This document shows, one piece after another, positions 54,674-64,000 of a DNA stretch of 64,000 bases. Location of the stretch: NCBI GenBank assembly GCA_965205265.1, contig CBDBGH010000003.1:3552001-3616000 (forward strand), read 5' to 3'. Both the position numbers and the translations under genes were made by a program. This stretch comes from Alphaproteobacteria bacterium. Its GTDB lineage: Bacteria; Pseudomonadota; Alphaproteobacteria; Bin95. The notes below the pieces were generated by a model that was not told the origin of the DNA, made no database searches, and saw only the letters and a program-made list of their open reading frames with translations. Each line of letters starts with the position of its first letter. Position 1 is the stretch's first letter.

Positions 54674-56860
54674 ATGGACGATGCCCTGCCCGCCGCGACC
54701 GCCGACGATCCTCCCTGGCTCGCCGGGCTGAACCCCCCGCAGCGCGAGGCGGTCGAGACGCTGGAAGGGCCGCTTCTCGTGCTCTCCGGCGCCGGCACCG
54801 GCAAGACGCGGGTGCTGACCGCGAGGCTGGCGCTGCTGCTGGCGATGAAGCGCGCCTGGCCCAGCCAGATTCTCGCCGTCACCTTCACCAACCGGGCGGC
54901 GAACGAAATGCGCGAGCGGGTGGAGGCGCTGATCGGCGAGATGAGCGCCGGCCTCTGGCTCGGCACCTTCCACGCGCTCGGCCTGCGCATATTGCGCCGC
55001 CATCCCGAGCTGGCGGGCCTCAGGCCCTCCTTCTCGATCCTCGACCCGGACGACCAGGAACGGCTTCTCAAACAAGTGCTGGCGGACGCGAATGTGGATG
55101 CGAAGCACTGGCCCGCGCGCCAGCTTTCGACCATCGTCCAGCGCTGGAAGGACAAGGGGTGGCGCCCGGAGCAGGTGACGGCCCACGAGGCGGGCAGCTT
55201 CGCCAATGGCCGCGCCCCGGCGCTTTACGAGGCCTATCAGGAACGGCTTGCCGACCTCAACGCCGTCGATTTCGGCGACCTGCTGCTCCACAACCTGACG
55301 ATCTTCCAGCGCGATACGGAGGTGCTGGCGCAATACCAGGAGCGGTTCCGCTACATCCTCGTGGACGAATACCAGGACACCAACATCGCCCAGTATCTCT
55401 GGCTTCGCCTGCTCGCCCAGCGGCGCCGCAATATCTGCTGCGTCGGCGACGACGACCAGTCCATCTACGGCTGGCGCGGGGCGGAGGTCGGCAACATCCT
55501 GCGCTTCGAGAACGACTTCGAGGGCGCGAAGATCGTCCGGCTGGAGCAGAACTACCGCTCGACCGGCGATATTCTGGGAGCCGCCTCGGGGCTGATCGCC
55601 AACAATCGAGGGCGACTCGGCAAGACGCTCTGGACGACCCGCGAGGACTCCCGCCCGATCGCCGTCCACACCGTTCCCGACGGAGAGGCGGAGGCGCGGC
55701 TCGTCGGCGGGGAAATCGAGGCGCTGCAACGCGCCGGCGCCGGCCTCGGACAGATGGCGGTGCTGGTGCGCGCGTCCTTCCAGATGCGCGCCTTCGAGGA
55801 GCGCTTCGTCGCGCTCGGCCTCAACTACCGGGTCATAGGCGGCCCGCGCTTCTATGAGCGCCGCGAGGTGAGAGACGCTATCGCCTATCTGCGCGCCGTG
55901 CTGTTCCCCGAAGACGACCTCGCCTTCGAGCGCATCGTCAACCTGCCGAAACGCGGCATCGGCGACGCCACCCTGCAACCGGTGCGCCGCCTCGCCCGCG
56001 CCGGGCGGCTTCCGTTAGGCGAAGCGGCGCGCCGGCTGGTCGAGACGGAAGAACTGAAGGCCCGCGCGCGCAATGCGCTCGCGGGCTTTTGCCGCGCCAT
56101 CGACGGCTGGCGCGCCCGGCTCGGCAGCGAGCCCCATGCGGACCTCGCGGACGCGATCCTCGAAGAGAGCGGCTACCGGGAGATGTGGCGGAAGGACAAG
56201 GGGCTCGACGCCCCCGGCCGGCTGGAGAATCTGGGCGAACTCGTACAGCAGATCGCCCGGTTCGACACCCTCGAGGAGTTTCTGGAGCATGTCGCCCTGG
56301 TGATGGAGGCCGAAGGCGGCAGCGAGGCGGAAAGCATCTCCCTGATGACGCTTCACGGCGCCAAGGGGCTCGAATTCGACATCGTGTTCCTGCCGGGCTG
56401 GGAGGAGGGCCTGTTCCCCCACCAGCGCGCCCTTGCAGAGAACGGGCTTGCCGGGCTGGAGGAGGAACGCCGCCTCGCCTATGTCGGCATCACCCGCGCG
56501 CGCCGCCATGTCACCGTCTCGTCCGCCATGAGCCGCATGGTCATGGGACGATGGCTCAGTCCGCTGCCGTCCCGCTTCATCGACGAGCTGCCGGACGAGC
56601 ATGTGGAGCGCCAGCTGGAGAATGCGTTCGGCGAGGCTCCCGCGTGGCGCTATGGCGCGGGTAGCGGGCAGGTGATCGACGCCCCGGCCTGGGAAGTGAA
56701 GGAGCGTGCTGACCGCATCGGCCAATTCGAGGTCGGCCAGCGCGTGTTCCACGAGAAATTCGGCTATGGAGCTGTACGCGCCACCGACCGGGAAAAGCTC
56801 ACTGTCGCCTTCGAAACCGGCGACAAGAAAGTGATCGGCAGCTTCGTCAGGCCCGTCTGA
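54674..56860 (+). CDS. uvrD: ATP-dependent DNA helicase UvrD/PcrA
   Basis: 'GAGTGKTRVL', 'VDEYQDTN', 'VGDDDQSIYGWRGA', 'KGLEF', 'EEERRLAYVGITRA'. Confidence 0.95.
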   Translation: MDDALPAATADDPPWLAGLNPPQREAVETLEGPLLVLSGAGTGKTRVLTARLALLLAMKRAWPSQILAVTFTNRAANEMRERVEALIGEMSAGLWLGTFHALGLRILRRHPELAGLRPSFSILDPDDQERLLKQVLADANVDAKHWPARQLSTIVQRWKDKGWRPEQVTAHEAGSFANGRAPALYEAYQERLADLNAVDFGDLLLHNLTIFQRDTEVLAQYQERFRYILVDEYQDTNIAQYLWLRLLAQRRRNICCVGDDDQSIYGWRGAEVGNILRFENDFEGAKIVRLEQNYRSTGDILGAASGLIANNRGRLGKTLWTTREDSRPIAVHTVPDGEAEARLVGGEIEALQRAGAGLGQMAVLVRASFQMRAFEERFVALGLNYRVIGGPRFYERREVRDAIAYLRAVLFPEDDLAFERIVNLPKRGIGDATLQPVRRLARAGRLPLGEAARRLVETEELKARARNALAGFCRAIDGWRARLGSEPHADLADAILEESGYREMWRKDKGLDAPGRLENLGELVQQIARFDTLEEFLEHVALVMEAEGGSEAESISLMTLHGAKGLEFDIVFLPGWEEGLFPHQRALAENGLAGLEEERRLAYVGITRARRHVTVSSAMSRMVMGRWLSPLPSRFIDELPDEHVERQLENAFGEAPAWRYGAGSGQVIDAPAWEVKERADRIGQFEVGQRVFHEKFGYGAVRATDREKLTVAFETGDKKVIGSFVRPV

Positions 56861-56878
56861 GTGAGGACAACACCGCCC

Positions 56879-57664
56879 ATGACCCAATCGCCCGTTCTGG
56901 AACGCCGCGAAGGCGCGGTCGCCGTGGTGACCCTGAACCGCCCGGAGGCGCTGAACGCGCTCAACATCGAAATGCGGGACCTGCTGCCGCGCGTGCTGAA
57001 CGGCCTGAACGGCGACGAGGCGGCGCGCGCGGTCGTGCTGACCGGGGCGGGCGAGCGCGCCTTCTCCGCCGGGCAGGACCTGAACGACTCGGCGGGCTTC
57101 GACGAAAAGACCGTGCAGGAGCATTTCCTGCATCTGGGCGCGCTCTACCAGTCCGTGCGCGCGCTGGAGAAGCCCGTCGTCGTGGCGCTGAACGGGCTCG
57201 CTGCCGGCTTCGGCCTGCAGACCGCGCTGCATGCCGATATCCGCATCGCGCATGCAGGCGTGCGCATGGGCCAGCCGGAGGTGCGCGCCGGCATTCCGAG
57301 CACGGTCGGCCCCTTCATCATCGAGCGCGCGGTCGGCCATGCCCGCGCGGTGGAGCTTTCGCTCACCGGCAGGCTGCTGGATGCCGAAACCTGCCTCGCC
57401 TGGGGCATGGTCAACGAGATCGTGCCGCGCGAGCGCGTGATGGAGCGGGCGATGGAGCTTGCCGGGGAACTGGCCGCCCTGCCGCCGCTTGCCGTTCGCC
57501 TCACCAAGCGCCGCCTGCTGGAGCGCACCCAGGCGGAATACGATGAGACCGTCCAGGCCGCGATGCGCTACCAGCAGGCCGCCTATCTGGACGGCGAACC
57601 GCAGCGCGTCGCCGCCGCCTTCTTCGCAGAGCGGGCGGCGCGGCGCAGCAGGGAGACGGCGTGA
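56879..57664 (+). CDS. Enoyl-CoA hydratase/isomerase family protein
   Basis: 'TLNRPEALNA', 'AFSAGQDL', 'KPVVVALNG', 'GQPE'. Confidence 0.92.
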   Translation: MTQSPVLERREGAVAVVTLNRPEALNALNIEMRDLLPRVLNGLNGDEAARAVVLTGAGERAFSAGQDLNDSAGFDEKTVQEHFLHLGALYQSVRALEKPVVVALNGLAAGFGLQTALHADIRIAHAGVRMGQPEVRAGIPSTVGPFIIERAVGHARAVELSLTGRLLDAETCLAWGMVNEIVPRERVMERAMELAGELAALPPLAVRLTKRRLLERTQAEYDETVQAAMRYQQAAYLDGEPQRVAAAFFAERAARRSRETA

Positions 57665-58479
57665 TGGGAACGGGACGGGTCGGGACGGTCGAGCGGGACG
57701 GGGCGCGGACCGTCTATGAGGTCCACGGCGGTGCGGGAGCACCGGCGCTCCTCTTCGGCCATGCCCAGATCCTCTCCCGCGCCCAGTATGCGCCGCAGGT
57801 CGAGGCATTCGCCGACCGCTACCGCGTGATCGCGCTGGATTTCCGGGGCCACGGCGAGAGCCCCGTCAGCCCCGCGCCCTACCGCATGGAGGACCTGGCG
57901 CAGGATGCGGTTGCGGTTCTGGACGCGGAGGGCGTCGAGCACGCGCACTATCTCGGCTCCTCGCTCGGCGGCATGGTCGGCTTCGCGCTCGCGCTGGAGC
58001 ACGCCCCCCGCCTTGCCAGCGTGACATTCCTTGCCACCCAGGGCGTGCTGCCAGCGGCCAATGGCGAGCGGATTCGCCGGACGGCCGCCCGCCTCGCGGC
58101 CCTCGGCGACAGCATGGCGCCGGCGGCGCAAGAGATCATGGCGCGCTATACGACCGAAGCCTGGCGCGCGGAAAACCCGGAGAGCCACGCCCGCCTGATC
58201 GGGATCGCGTCCGCCAACCCTCTGGCGGGCTACGAGCATTCCGGCGGCGCCATCACGGCCATGGACTATGACGGCCGGCTCGGCGGGATCGACACGCCCG
58301 CCCTGGTCGTCGCCGGCGAACATGACATGCCGACCCCGCCGGAGCGGATGGCGCTCTACCGCGACAAGATCCGGGGCGCGGAAATGGCGGTGATCGAGGG
58401 TGCCGCCCATTTCCCCAACTGGGACCGGGCCGAGGCGTTCAACCGCGTCTATGGAGACTTCCTCGCCCGCTTGGCCTGA
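57661..58479 (+). CDS. Alpha/beta hydrolase (PcaD-like)
   Basis: 'DFRGHGES', 'GSSLGG', 'GEHD..TPP', 'AAHFPN'. Confidence 0.88.
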   Translation: MMGTGRVGTVERDGARTVYEVHGGAGAPALLFGHAQILSRAQYAPQVEAFADRYRVIALDFRGHGESPVSPAPYRMEDLAQDAVAVLDAEGVEHAHYLGSSLGGMVGFALALEHAPRLASVTFLATQGVLPAANGERIRRTAARLAALGDSMAPAAQEIMARYTTEAWRAENPESHARLIGIASANPLAGYEHSGGAITAMDYDGRLGGIDTPALVVAGEHDMPTPPERMALYRDKIRGAEMAVIEGAAHFPNWDRAEAFNRVYGDFLARLA

Positions 58480-58579
58480 CGGCCTCCCCTCCCTGAGGGC
58501 TACCGGATTCGCACATCTCCGGCGACCTCGAATCGCATGGCCCCCTGGTCCCCCCGCCATCTTTTATGAGCCGCAGCCC

Positions 58580-58687
58580 GGCACCGCTGGCCCCGGCGTC
58601 CAGCAAGGCTTCCGCCAATTCCGCATGGCCCTTGCGCGCCGCGCCGTGCAGCGGGGTCCGGCCGTGCTTGTTCCGGGCATCTCCCAC
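58580..58687 (-). pseudogene. Ankyrin-repeat gene fragment
   Basis: 'DARNKHGRTPLHGAARKGHAELAEALLDAGA' is one canonical ankyrin repeat; flanks degenerate and a REP cluster lies immediately upstream. Confidence 0.75.
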
Positions 58688-58699
58688 CGAGCGGCCGGA

Positions 58700-59460
58700 T
58701 GGATACCCGGACTTGTTCCATTGCTGTCCGGTTCAGCCATTGGGTGAGGCTGAACGGGAGTCCGCCGGGGGTTTCGGGGGCGCGCGGCGTCTGCGATCCG
58801 CCCCTTGCCCGTGAGGCTCGAACGCCCCCTTCGACAGGCTCAGGGCAGGCTCTTCCGTCATGCCCGGACTTGTTCCGGGTATCCATACGGCCGCCCGGCG
58901 GAGCCGCTTGAGAGAGATACCCGGAACAAGTCCGGGTATGACGATATGGGGGTCGGGCATGACGACTTGGGGGCCGGGCCGCCGGGCGTCGATCCGGGTC
59001 CCGATCCCGCCGAACCCCTCGAAACCCGGTTGAATCCAGGCCATGCGCCCTGCCCGCAAATCCTGAACCGGACAGCCATCGGGGGGAGCCGAACGGGGTG
59101 TCGGGAGCGCACCGCGTCTGCGATCCGCCCCTTGCCCGTGAGGCTCGAACGCCCTCCTTCGACAAGCTCAGGACAGGCTTCTCCGTCATACCCGGACTTG
59201 TTCCGGGTATCCACACGGCCGCCCGGCTGAGCCGCTTGAGAGAGATACCCGGAACAAGTCCGGGTATGACGATATGGGGCGGGTATGACGATGTGAGGGT
59301 CGGGACGCCGGGCGTCGATCCGGGTCCCGATCCCGCCGAACCCCTCGAAACCCGATTGAATCCAAGCCATGCGCCCTGCCCGCAAATCCTGAACCGGACA
59401 GCAATGGAACAAGTCCGGGTATGACGAAAGAGCTTGCCCTGAGCCTGCCGAAGGGGGGCG
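58700..59460. repeat. Composite REP/BIME-like cluster with a 327-bp-period tandem duplication and outer inverted repeats
   Basis: Direct copies 58787-59076 and 59114-59402; GTCAT(G/A)CCCGGACTTGTTCCGGGTATC palindromic pairs; CCTTCGACA(G/A)GCTCAGG units; outer inverted repeat 58702-58737 vs 59389-59424. Confidence 0.9.
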
Positions 59461-59550
59461 TTCGGACATGACGGGGGTGTTCATGCATGACAAATCCGAA
59501 AGCGATTGCCCTGCCGCAAAAGCCTCGGCCAACACGCTTTCCGATCCTGC

Positions 59551-60073
59551 AAATATGAAATATTCCCGATAATTTCGATTTCGTTCTTTTTCATGACTTG
59601 ACATCTGGCGAATTGTGGTATGATGGTCCCCAGGGAAGCGGACTCCGGAGCCGCTTCCCCGGTGCTGCGCGGCCGAGCGGCGCCACTTTCTGAAAACCCG
59701 TGAGAAGCCGACGGGAGACGTGCGTCCTCTGCCTCGCGCGCGCAATCAGGCGCGCGAACCGCGCCGCCGCGAAACGCGCGCCGGCGCGCGCAGGGGCACC
59801 CGCGCAGGATACGCGCGAAACAGGGACCCGCTCCCCGTCGGGAAAGGAGAGACGATGACCGCAACCGACCCCCGACCCGAACTGGCGGCAATGCTGGCCG
59901 AAAGGCCGGCGCCGGCAGATGGCAGAGCACGCTCCGTCCGGGTTGAAACGGCAGGTCGGGAGCCTGCTCCCTCCCGCTGGGCGGGAGAGAAGGTCGAAGG
60001 GTGGACGGCTTCATGCCCGAACCGGCTACAGCATATGAACCCCGCGCATGCAAAACATGACATCTCAGGACAT
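59551..60073 (+). repeat. Long dispersed non-coding element, copy 2
   Basis: Collinear with 30381-30946; core at 59742-59780. Confidence 0.8.
59598..59624 (+). promoter_or_regulatory. Sigma70-like promoter at the 5' end of element copy 2
   Basis: AT-rich upstream tract, TTGACA (59598), extended -10 TG-G-TATGAT (59616-59624); spacer only 15 nt. Confidence 0.55.
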
Positions 60074-60173
60074 TTCGGAAGGAGGACTGCCCGCCGGCAA
60101 GGGCCGCGGTCGTTGACAGGGGCGCGGCGGGCTGCCATCGAGCGGGGGCAATAAGGGGCGGAGGAACGAACCC

Positions 60174-60974
60174 ATGCAGGACGGCGATCTCTACGAGATT
60201 TACGCAGTCAAATACGGCGAGGTGGCCGACCGCGCGATGAGCGAGAACATGATCGGCGGCGACCCGCACGACATGTCGGGCCAGCTCGACTTCTATGTCT
60301 GGGCCGTTGTCGGGCGCTCCCGGACCTTCATCGTCGATACCGGCTTCAACCACGAGACGGCGGCGCTCCGGAACCGGAAGCTGCAGCGCCTGCCGAAGGA
60401 GGGCCTCGCCCTTGTCGGCGTCGATGCGGGCGCGGTGCGCGACGTGATCGTGACCCATATGCATTACGACCATGCCGGCACGCTCTCGGACTTCCCCAAT
60501 GCCCGCTTCCACCTCCAGGAGCAGGAGATGGAATACGCCACCGGGCGCTGCATGTGCCATGAGGTGATAAAGGCGCCCTACTATGTCGAGGACGTCTGCA
60601 CCATGGTGCGCAAGGTCTATGCGGGCGAGGTAACCTTCCATGACGGCGACGCCCAACTCGCGCCCGGCGTGTCGGTGCATCATATCGGCGGCCACGCCAA
60701 GGGCCTGATGAGCGTGCGTGTCGAGACCCGGCGCGGGCCGGTGGTGCTGGCCTCGGACTCCGCGCATTTCTACGCCAATCTGGAGCAGCGCCGGCCGTTC
60801 CCGATCGTCTATAACGTCGCCGACCTGCTGGCCGGCTTCGACCGGCTGGAGGCGCTGGCGGGCGCGCCGGACCGGGTGGTGCCGGGCCATGACCCGCGCG
60901 TGCTCCACCGCTACCCGGCCGCCTCCGAGGAGCTCCGGGGCATCGCGGCGCGCCTCGACGCGGACCCCGCCTGA
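60174..60974 (+). CDS. N-acyl homoserine lactonase-family metallo-beta-lactamase-fold hydrolase
   Basis: 'VDTG', 'THMHYDHAG', 'GGHAKG', 'ASDSAHFY', 'PGHD'. Confidence 0.88.
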   Translation: MQDGDLYEIYAVKYGEVADRAMSENMIGGDPHDMSGQLDFYVWAVVGRSRTFIVDTGFNHETAALRNRKLQRLPKEGLALVGVDAGAVRDVIVTHMHYDHAGTLSDFPNARFHLQEQEMEYATGRCMCHEVIKAPYYVEDVCTMVRKVYAGEVTFHDGDAQLAPGVSVHHIGGHAKGLMSVRVETRRGPVVLASDSAHFYANLEQRRPFPIVYNVADLLAGFDRLEALAGAPDRVVPGHDPRVLHRYPAASEELRGIAARLDADPA

Positions 60975-60977
60975 GCC

Positions 60978-61988
60978 TTGCGCCTCGGTATTCTGGACCA
61001 GTCGATTGCGGCGGAAGGCCGGCCGCAGGGCGAGGCGATCCGCAACACGGTCGCGCTCGCCGAGCTTTGCGAGCGGCTCGGCTATGACCGCTTCTGGGTC
61101 TCGGAGCACCACAACCACCCGACCATCGTCGGGACGGCGCCGGAAATCCTGGTCGCCGGCATGGCGGCCCGGACCTCGCGCATCCGCATCGGCAGCGCCG
61201 GCGTCATGCTGCCGCATTACGCGCCTTTCAAGGTCGCGGAGCAGTTCCGGGTGCTGGATGCGCTGGCGCCGGGGCGCATCGATCTCGGGCTCGGCCGCGC
61301 GCCGGGATCGGACGGGCTGACGGCCTTCGCCCTCAATCCGCGCGCCAATGAGCGCCCGGCGGAATTTCCCGCCGATATCCGCGACCTGCAGGCCTGGCTC
61401 AAGGCCGAGCCGCTGCCGGAGGGCCACCCGTTCGCCCGGCTCGGCGCCTTTCCGCAGGGCGATACCGTGCCGCAGATCTGGATGCTGGGTTCGTCCAATT
61501 ACGGCGCGCAGGTGGCGGCATGGTTCGGCCTGCCCTACGCCTTCGCCTGGTTCTTCACCGACGGGCGCGGGGCAAGGGAAGCGCTCGGCCTCTACCGCGA
61601 GCACTACCGCCCGAGCGCGGACTGGCCGGAGCCGCATTCGGCCATCTGCGTCTGGGCGCTGGCGGCCGACAGCGAGGAGGAAGCCGGGTTCCACTTCGGC
61701 CCGCGCCTGCGCTGGCGGCTCGGGCGCGACCGGGGCATGTTCCTGCCGCTGGAGTCTGCCGAGAAGGCGGCTGCCTACGAATACAGCGACGGCGAATCGG
61801 CCCGGCTCGCCCGTTTCCGCGAGCAGGCCATCGTCGGCCGGGCGGAGCATGTAGTCGAGCGCATCAGGGCGATCGGCGAGGAACTCGGCGTGGACGAGAT
61901 CGCCATCGTCACCTGGACGCATGACGAAACCGTCCGTCGGCGGAGCTACGAACTCATCGCCCGCGCCTGGGGCCTCGCTCCCGGCTAA
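60978..61988 (+). CDS. LLM class flavin-dependent oxidoreductase (luciferase-like)
   Basis: 'RFWVSEHH', 'GSAGVMLPHY', 'PGRIDLGLGRAPG', 'WMLGSS'; TTG start. Confidence 0.92.
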   Translation: MRLGILDQSIAAEGRPQGEAIRNTVALAELCERLGYDRFWVSEHHNHPTIVGTAPEILVAGMAARTSRIRIGSAGVMLPHYAPFKVAEQFRVLDALAPGRIDLGLGRAPGSDGLTAFALNPRANERPAEFPADIRDLQAWLKAEPLPEGHPFARLGAFPQGDTVPQIWMLGSSNYGAQVAAWFGLPYAFAWFFTDGRGAREALGLYREHYRPSADWPEPHSAICVWALAADSEEEAGFHFGPRLRWRLGRDRGMFLPLESAEKAAAYEYSDGESARLARFREQAIVGRAEHVVERIRAIGEELGVDEIAIVTWTHDETVRRRSYELIARAWGLAPG

Positions 61989-62956
61989 CCCGCCGCGCGC
62001 CGGGCGAGGTTCAGCAGGTCCGCGAGGTCGAGAATGCGCGCAACCCAGGGCTCGCGCGGGTTGAAGCCGGGGCCGGCCTCGCCGAGCAGGCGGGCTTCGA
62101 GCGCGTCCAGCAGCCGGGAGAGCCGGCGGTCATGCAGGCCGAGATGCGCCTGGACCGGGTCGGCCGCCACGCCGGCGAAGGCGGTCAGCATGGCCGGCAG
62201 GAGGACCAGCGCGCCGGTGAGGCCGGCGATGGCGGCGGTCGAGGCCTTGGCGGGGAAGAGGCCGTACCAGAGGCCGCCGGCGGTCGCGCCGAGCGGGAAG
62301 CCCGCAATCGCGGCCTGCTGCGCCAGCGCCTGCGCGGCGACGGGGCCGAGCGAGAGCGCGCCCGGCGTCCATTGCCGGAAGGCGGCGGCGCCGATGCCGG
62401 CGGCGGCGAGCGAGGCGGCCAGTTCGGCGACCGCCACGCGCGCCTCGCCGTAACTCGCCGCCGCCCGCTCCGCCCAGGCCCGGAAGCCCGGCTCGGCGGC
62501 GGCGGCGGAAAGCCGGTCCAGAAGGGCGCCCACTGCCGGGTCGCGCGCAAGCTCTTCCGCAAGCGCATCGCGCTCCGAGCGGCGTCCGGGCTGCGCATAG
62601 GGCAATTCCAGCAGTTCGGTGAACAGCCGCCATTCGATTTCGCGCGCGACATCGGTGACGAAGACCTTCCGTCCCCGGCGCAGCCCGGTGGCGGCGCCCT
62701 CGTAGCCGCCGCGCTCGGCCAGCCGGGCGGCGCCCTCCAGGGCCAGATTGGGGCCGGCCAGCGCCAGATTGGCGGGCGCGCGCAGCAGGTCCCGCCCGAC
62801 CGCCCGGCGGTGGAGTTCGAGCGTCCCCTTCAGGCGGAAGTTACGCCGCACGAAATCCGGCGCCATCTCCCGGCGGCGCCGGATATAGCGCAGGACCGCC
62901 CGGCGCACCGCCGCATCGGCCTCCTCCGGCCCGAGATGTGGCGCGACATCGCCCAT
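61985..62956 (-). CDS. Conserved hypothetical membrane protein (DUF6635-like)
   Basis: 'HRRAVGRDLLRAPAN', 'TELLELP', 'FPLG...G.LWY', 'DPVQAHLGLH.RRL'. Confidence 0.8.
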   Translation of the reverse strand: MGDVAPHLGPEEADAAVRRAVLRYIRRRREMAPDFVRRNFRLKGTLELHRRAVGRDLLRAPANLALAGPNLALEGAARLAERGGYEGAATGLRRGRKVFVTDVAREIEWRLFTELLELPYAQPGRRSERDALAEELARDPAVGALLDRLSAAAAEPGFRAWAERAAASYGEARVAVAELAASLAAAGIGAAAFRQWTPGALSLGPVAAQALAQQAAIAGFPLGATAGGLWYGLFPAKASTAAIAGLTGALVLLPAMLTAFAGVAADPVQAHLGLHDRRLSRLLDALEARLLGEAGPGFNPREPWVARILDLADLLNLARRAAG

Positions 62957-63010
62957 CCGGGGAATATGGGGTGCGGCCGCGGCCGGCGCGAGGGGCCGGC
63001 CCGCCGCCGC

Positions 63011-63505
63011 TCAGAGCGAGCGGATATAGTAGATCAGGTCGAGTTCCGGCGGTGCGAGCCCGGCCTGGCTCAGCATGTCGTGGACCTGGCCGCGGTGATG
63101 GGTTTCGTGGTTGAACAGGTGCGTGAACACCAGCCGCAGCGGCGTGCGGAACGGCGTTCCGGCGAGGTTGCTGTAGGCGAGGTCGCCCGCCAGCCGTTCC
63201 TCCGTGATCGCCGCGAGCACGCGGCCGATGCGGTCGTCCTCGGCATCCCTCGCGCGGCGCAGTTCGTCGAAATCGTCGAACAGCACGGTGTCGAGCGGGG
63301 TTCCGTCGTCGACCAGCCCCTCGATGCGCCCGAGCCAGATGCGGTCGCCGACCAGGATATGGTTGAGCGTGTTGTGGATCGAGCCGAAGAACGCGGCGCG
63401 GTCCCGTTTGCGCTCCGCGTCGCCGAGGCCCGCGCAGGCATCGTAGAGCCGGCCATTGGCCCAGCGGTTATAGGCGGCCATGGTCTTGAAGTGGTCGAGG
63501 AACAT
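63011..63505 (-). CDS. DinB family protein
   Basis: 'YNRWAN', 'FFGSIHNTLNH', 'HLFNHETHHRGQ'; ATG 63505 with GGAG RBS. Confidence 0.93.
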   Translation of the reverse strand: MFLDHFKTMAAYNRWANGRLYDACAGLGDAERKRDRAAFFGSIHNTLNHILVGDRIWLGRIEGLVDDGTPLDTVLFDDFDELRRARDAEDDRIGRVLAAITEERLAGDLAYSNLAGTPFRTPLRLVFTHLFNHETHHRGQVHDMLSQAGLAPPELDLIYYIRSL

Positions 63506-63533
63506 GGGGTTTCTCCGGTGTTCTCGGCAGGCG

Positions 63534-64000
63534 TCATGCTGCCAGCGCCAGATATTCGGTATTGCGCCGGTCGAACAGGAGGCGGACGGCTTCGCCGGCG
63601 CGGGCGAGCGGGACGCGGCGCACCGGGCCGGGCCTGAGCCTGCCGGCGCCGACCAGCTCGAACAGCTCCTCCGAGGCCGCCAGCAGCTCGCCCTCATCGG
63701 CGATCCAGGCCGCAAGCGTCGGCCGGGCGAGGATGAGCGAGCGCGCCTCCAGCCGTTCGGGCGGCAGCGGCCGCGGCGGCCCGGCGACATTGCCGTAGCC
63801 GACAGCCATGCCCATGGGCGCCAGGCAGTCGAGGCAGCGGGCGAAGGCCTCGCCGCCCAGCGAATCGTAGGCGACATCCACGCCCCGGCCCCCGGCGATC
63901 CCGCAGACCTCTGCGGCAAGGTCGCCCGGTCCGGCGACAACCGCATGGGCGCAGCCGTTAGCCCTTGCAATCCCGGCCTTCTCCCCGCTGCCGACCGCGC
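63534..64000 (-). CDS. Quinone oxidoreductase (Qor) family, 3' part; runs off the window
   Basis: 'GRGVDVAYDSLGG', 'YGNVAG', 'RPTL'. Confidence 0.8.
   Translation of the reverse strand, partial: AVGSGEKAGIARANGCAHAVVAGPGDLAAEVCGIAGGRGVDVAYDSLGGEAFARCLDCLAPMGMAVGYGNVAGPPRPLPPERLEARSLILARPTLAAWIADEGELLAASEELFELVGAGRLRPGPVRRVPLARAGEAVRLLFDRRNTEYLALAA

Noticed and set aside
58700-59460. Possible CRISPR array
   Set aside because: Repeats are palindromic pairs in alternating orientation with duplicated rather than unique spacers; no cas genes.
58500-59745. ORFs of 100-295 aa across the REP cluster ('IPGTSPGMT', 'SSYPDLFRVS')
   Set aside because: Translations of palindromic repeats, not credible proteins.
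59855-60154. 99-aa ORF with a strong AAGGAG RBS inside long-element copy 2
   Set aside because: The frame is not conserved in copy 1 and no domain is recognisable; not called as a CDS, though translation is not excluded.

Overview
High-GC alphaproteobacterial chromosome segment. The gene content is Rhodospirillales-like; the accessory genes and an ankyrin remnant are compatible with a host-associated lineage, which is inference. Positions 1-8425 are the right arm of a mobile element integrated at the 3' end of the tRNA-fMet that closes an rRNA operon. It carries a large serine recombinase whose last codons and stop are read antisense from the tRNA, a BrnT/HTH toxin-antitoxin pair, and a minus-strand run of small genes: a DUF2493/SLOG protein, ssb, a 47-aa acidic protein and a five-repeat zinc-ribbon/Arg-rich protein. 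Four genes in that run have a similar hairpin motif upstream. Positions 8382-13750 are a minus-strand rrn operon (16S-Ile-Ala-23S-5S-fMet) with a ~145-nt intervening sequence in the 23S. The rest is mostly housekeeping: M23 peptidase, MoxR/DUF58 operon, nudL-cca, regBA, Gld-like ABC, fabG-acpP-fabF-mltG-yicC-gmk, a suf operon, yccA, uvrD and hydrolases. Two accessory, non-coding-rich patches (28.3-31 kb and 58.5-60.2 kb) each hold a copy of the same collinear ~520-570-bp non-coding element with a promoter-like 5' end. The window also has a three-copy double-hairpin repeat (one copy inside the rRNA spacer), a nested REP-like cluster, and an orphan HepT-like HEPN nuclease lacking the tyrosine that antitoxins normally modify.
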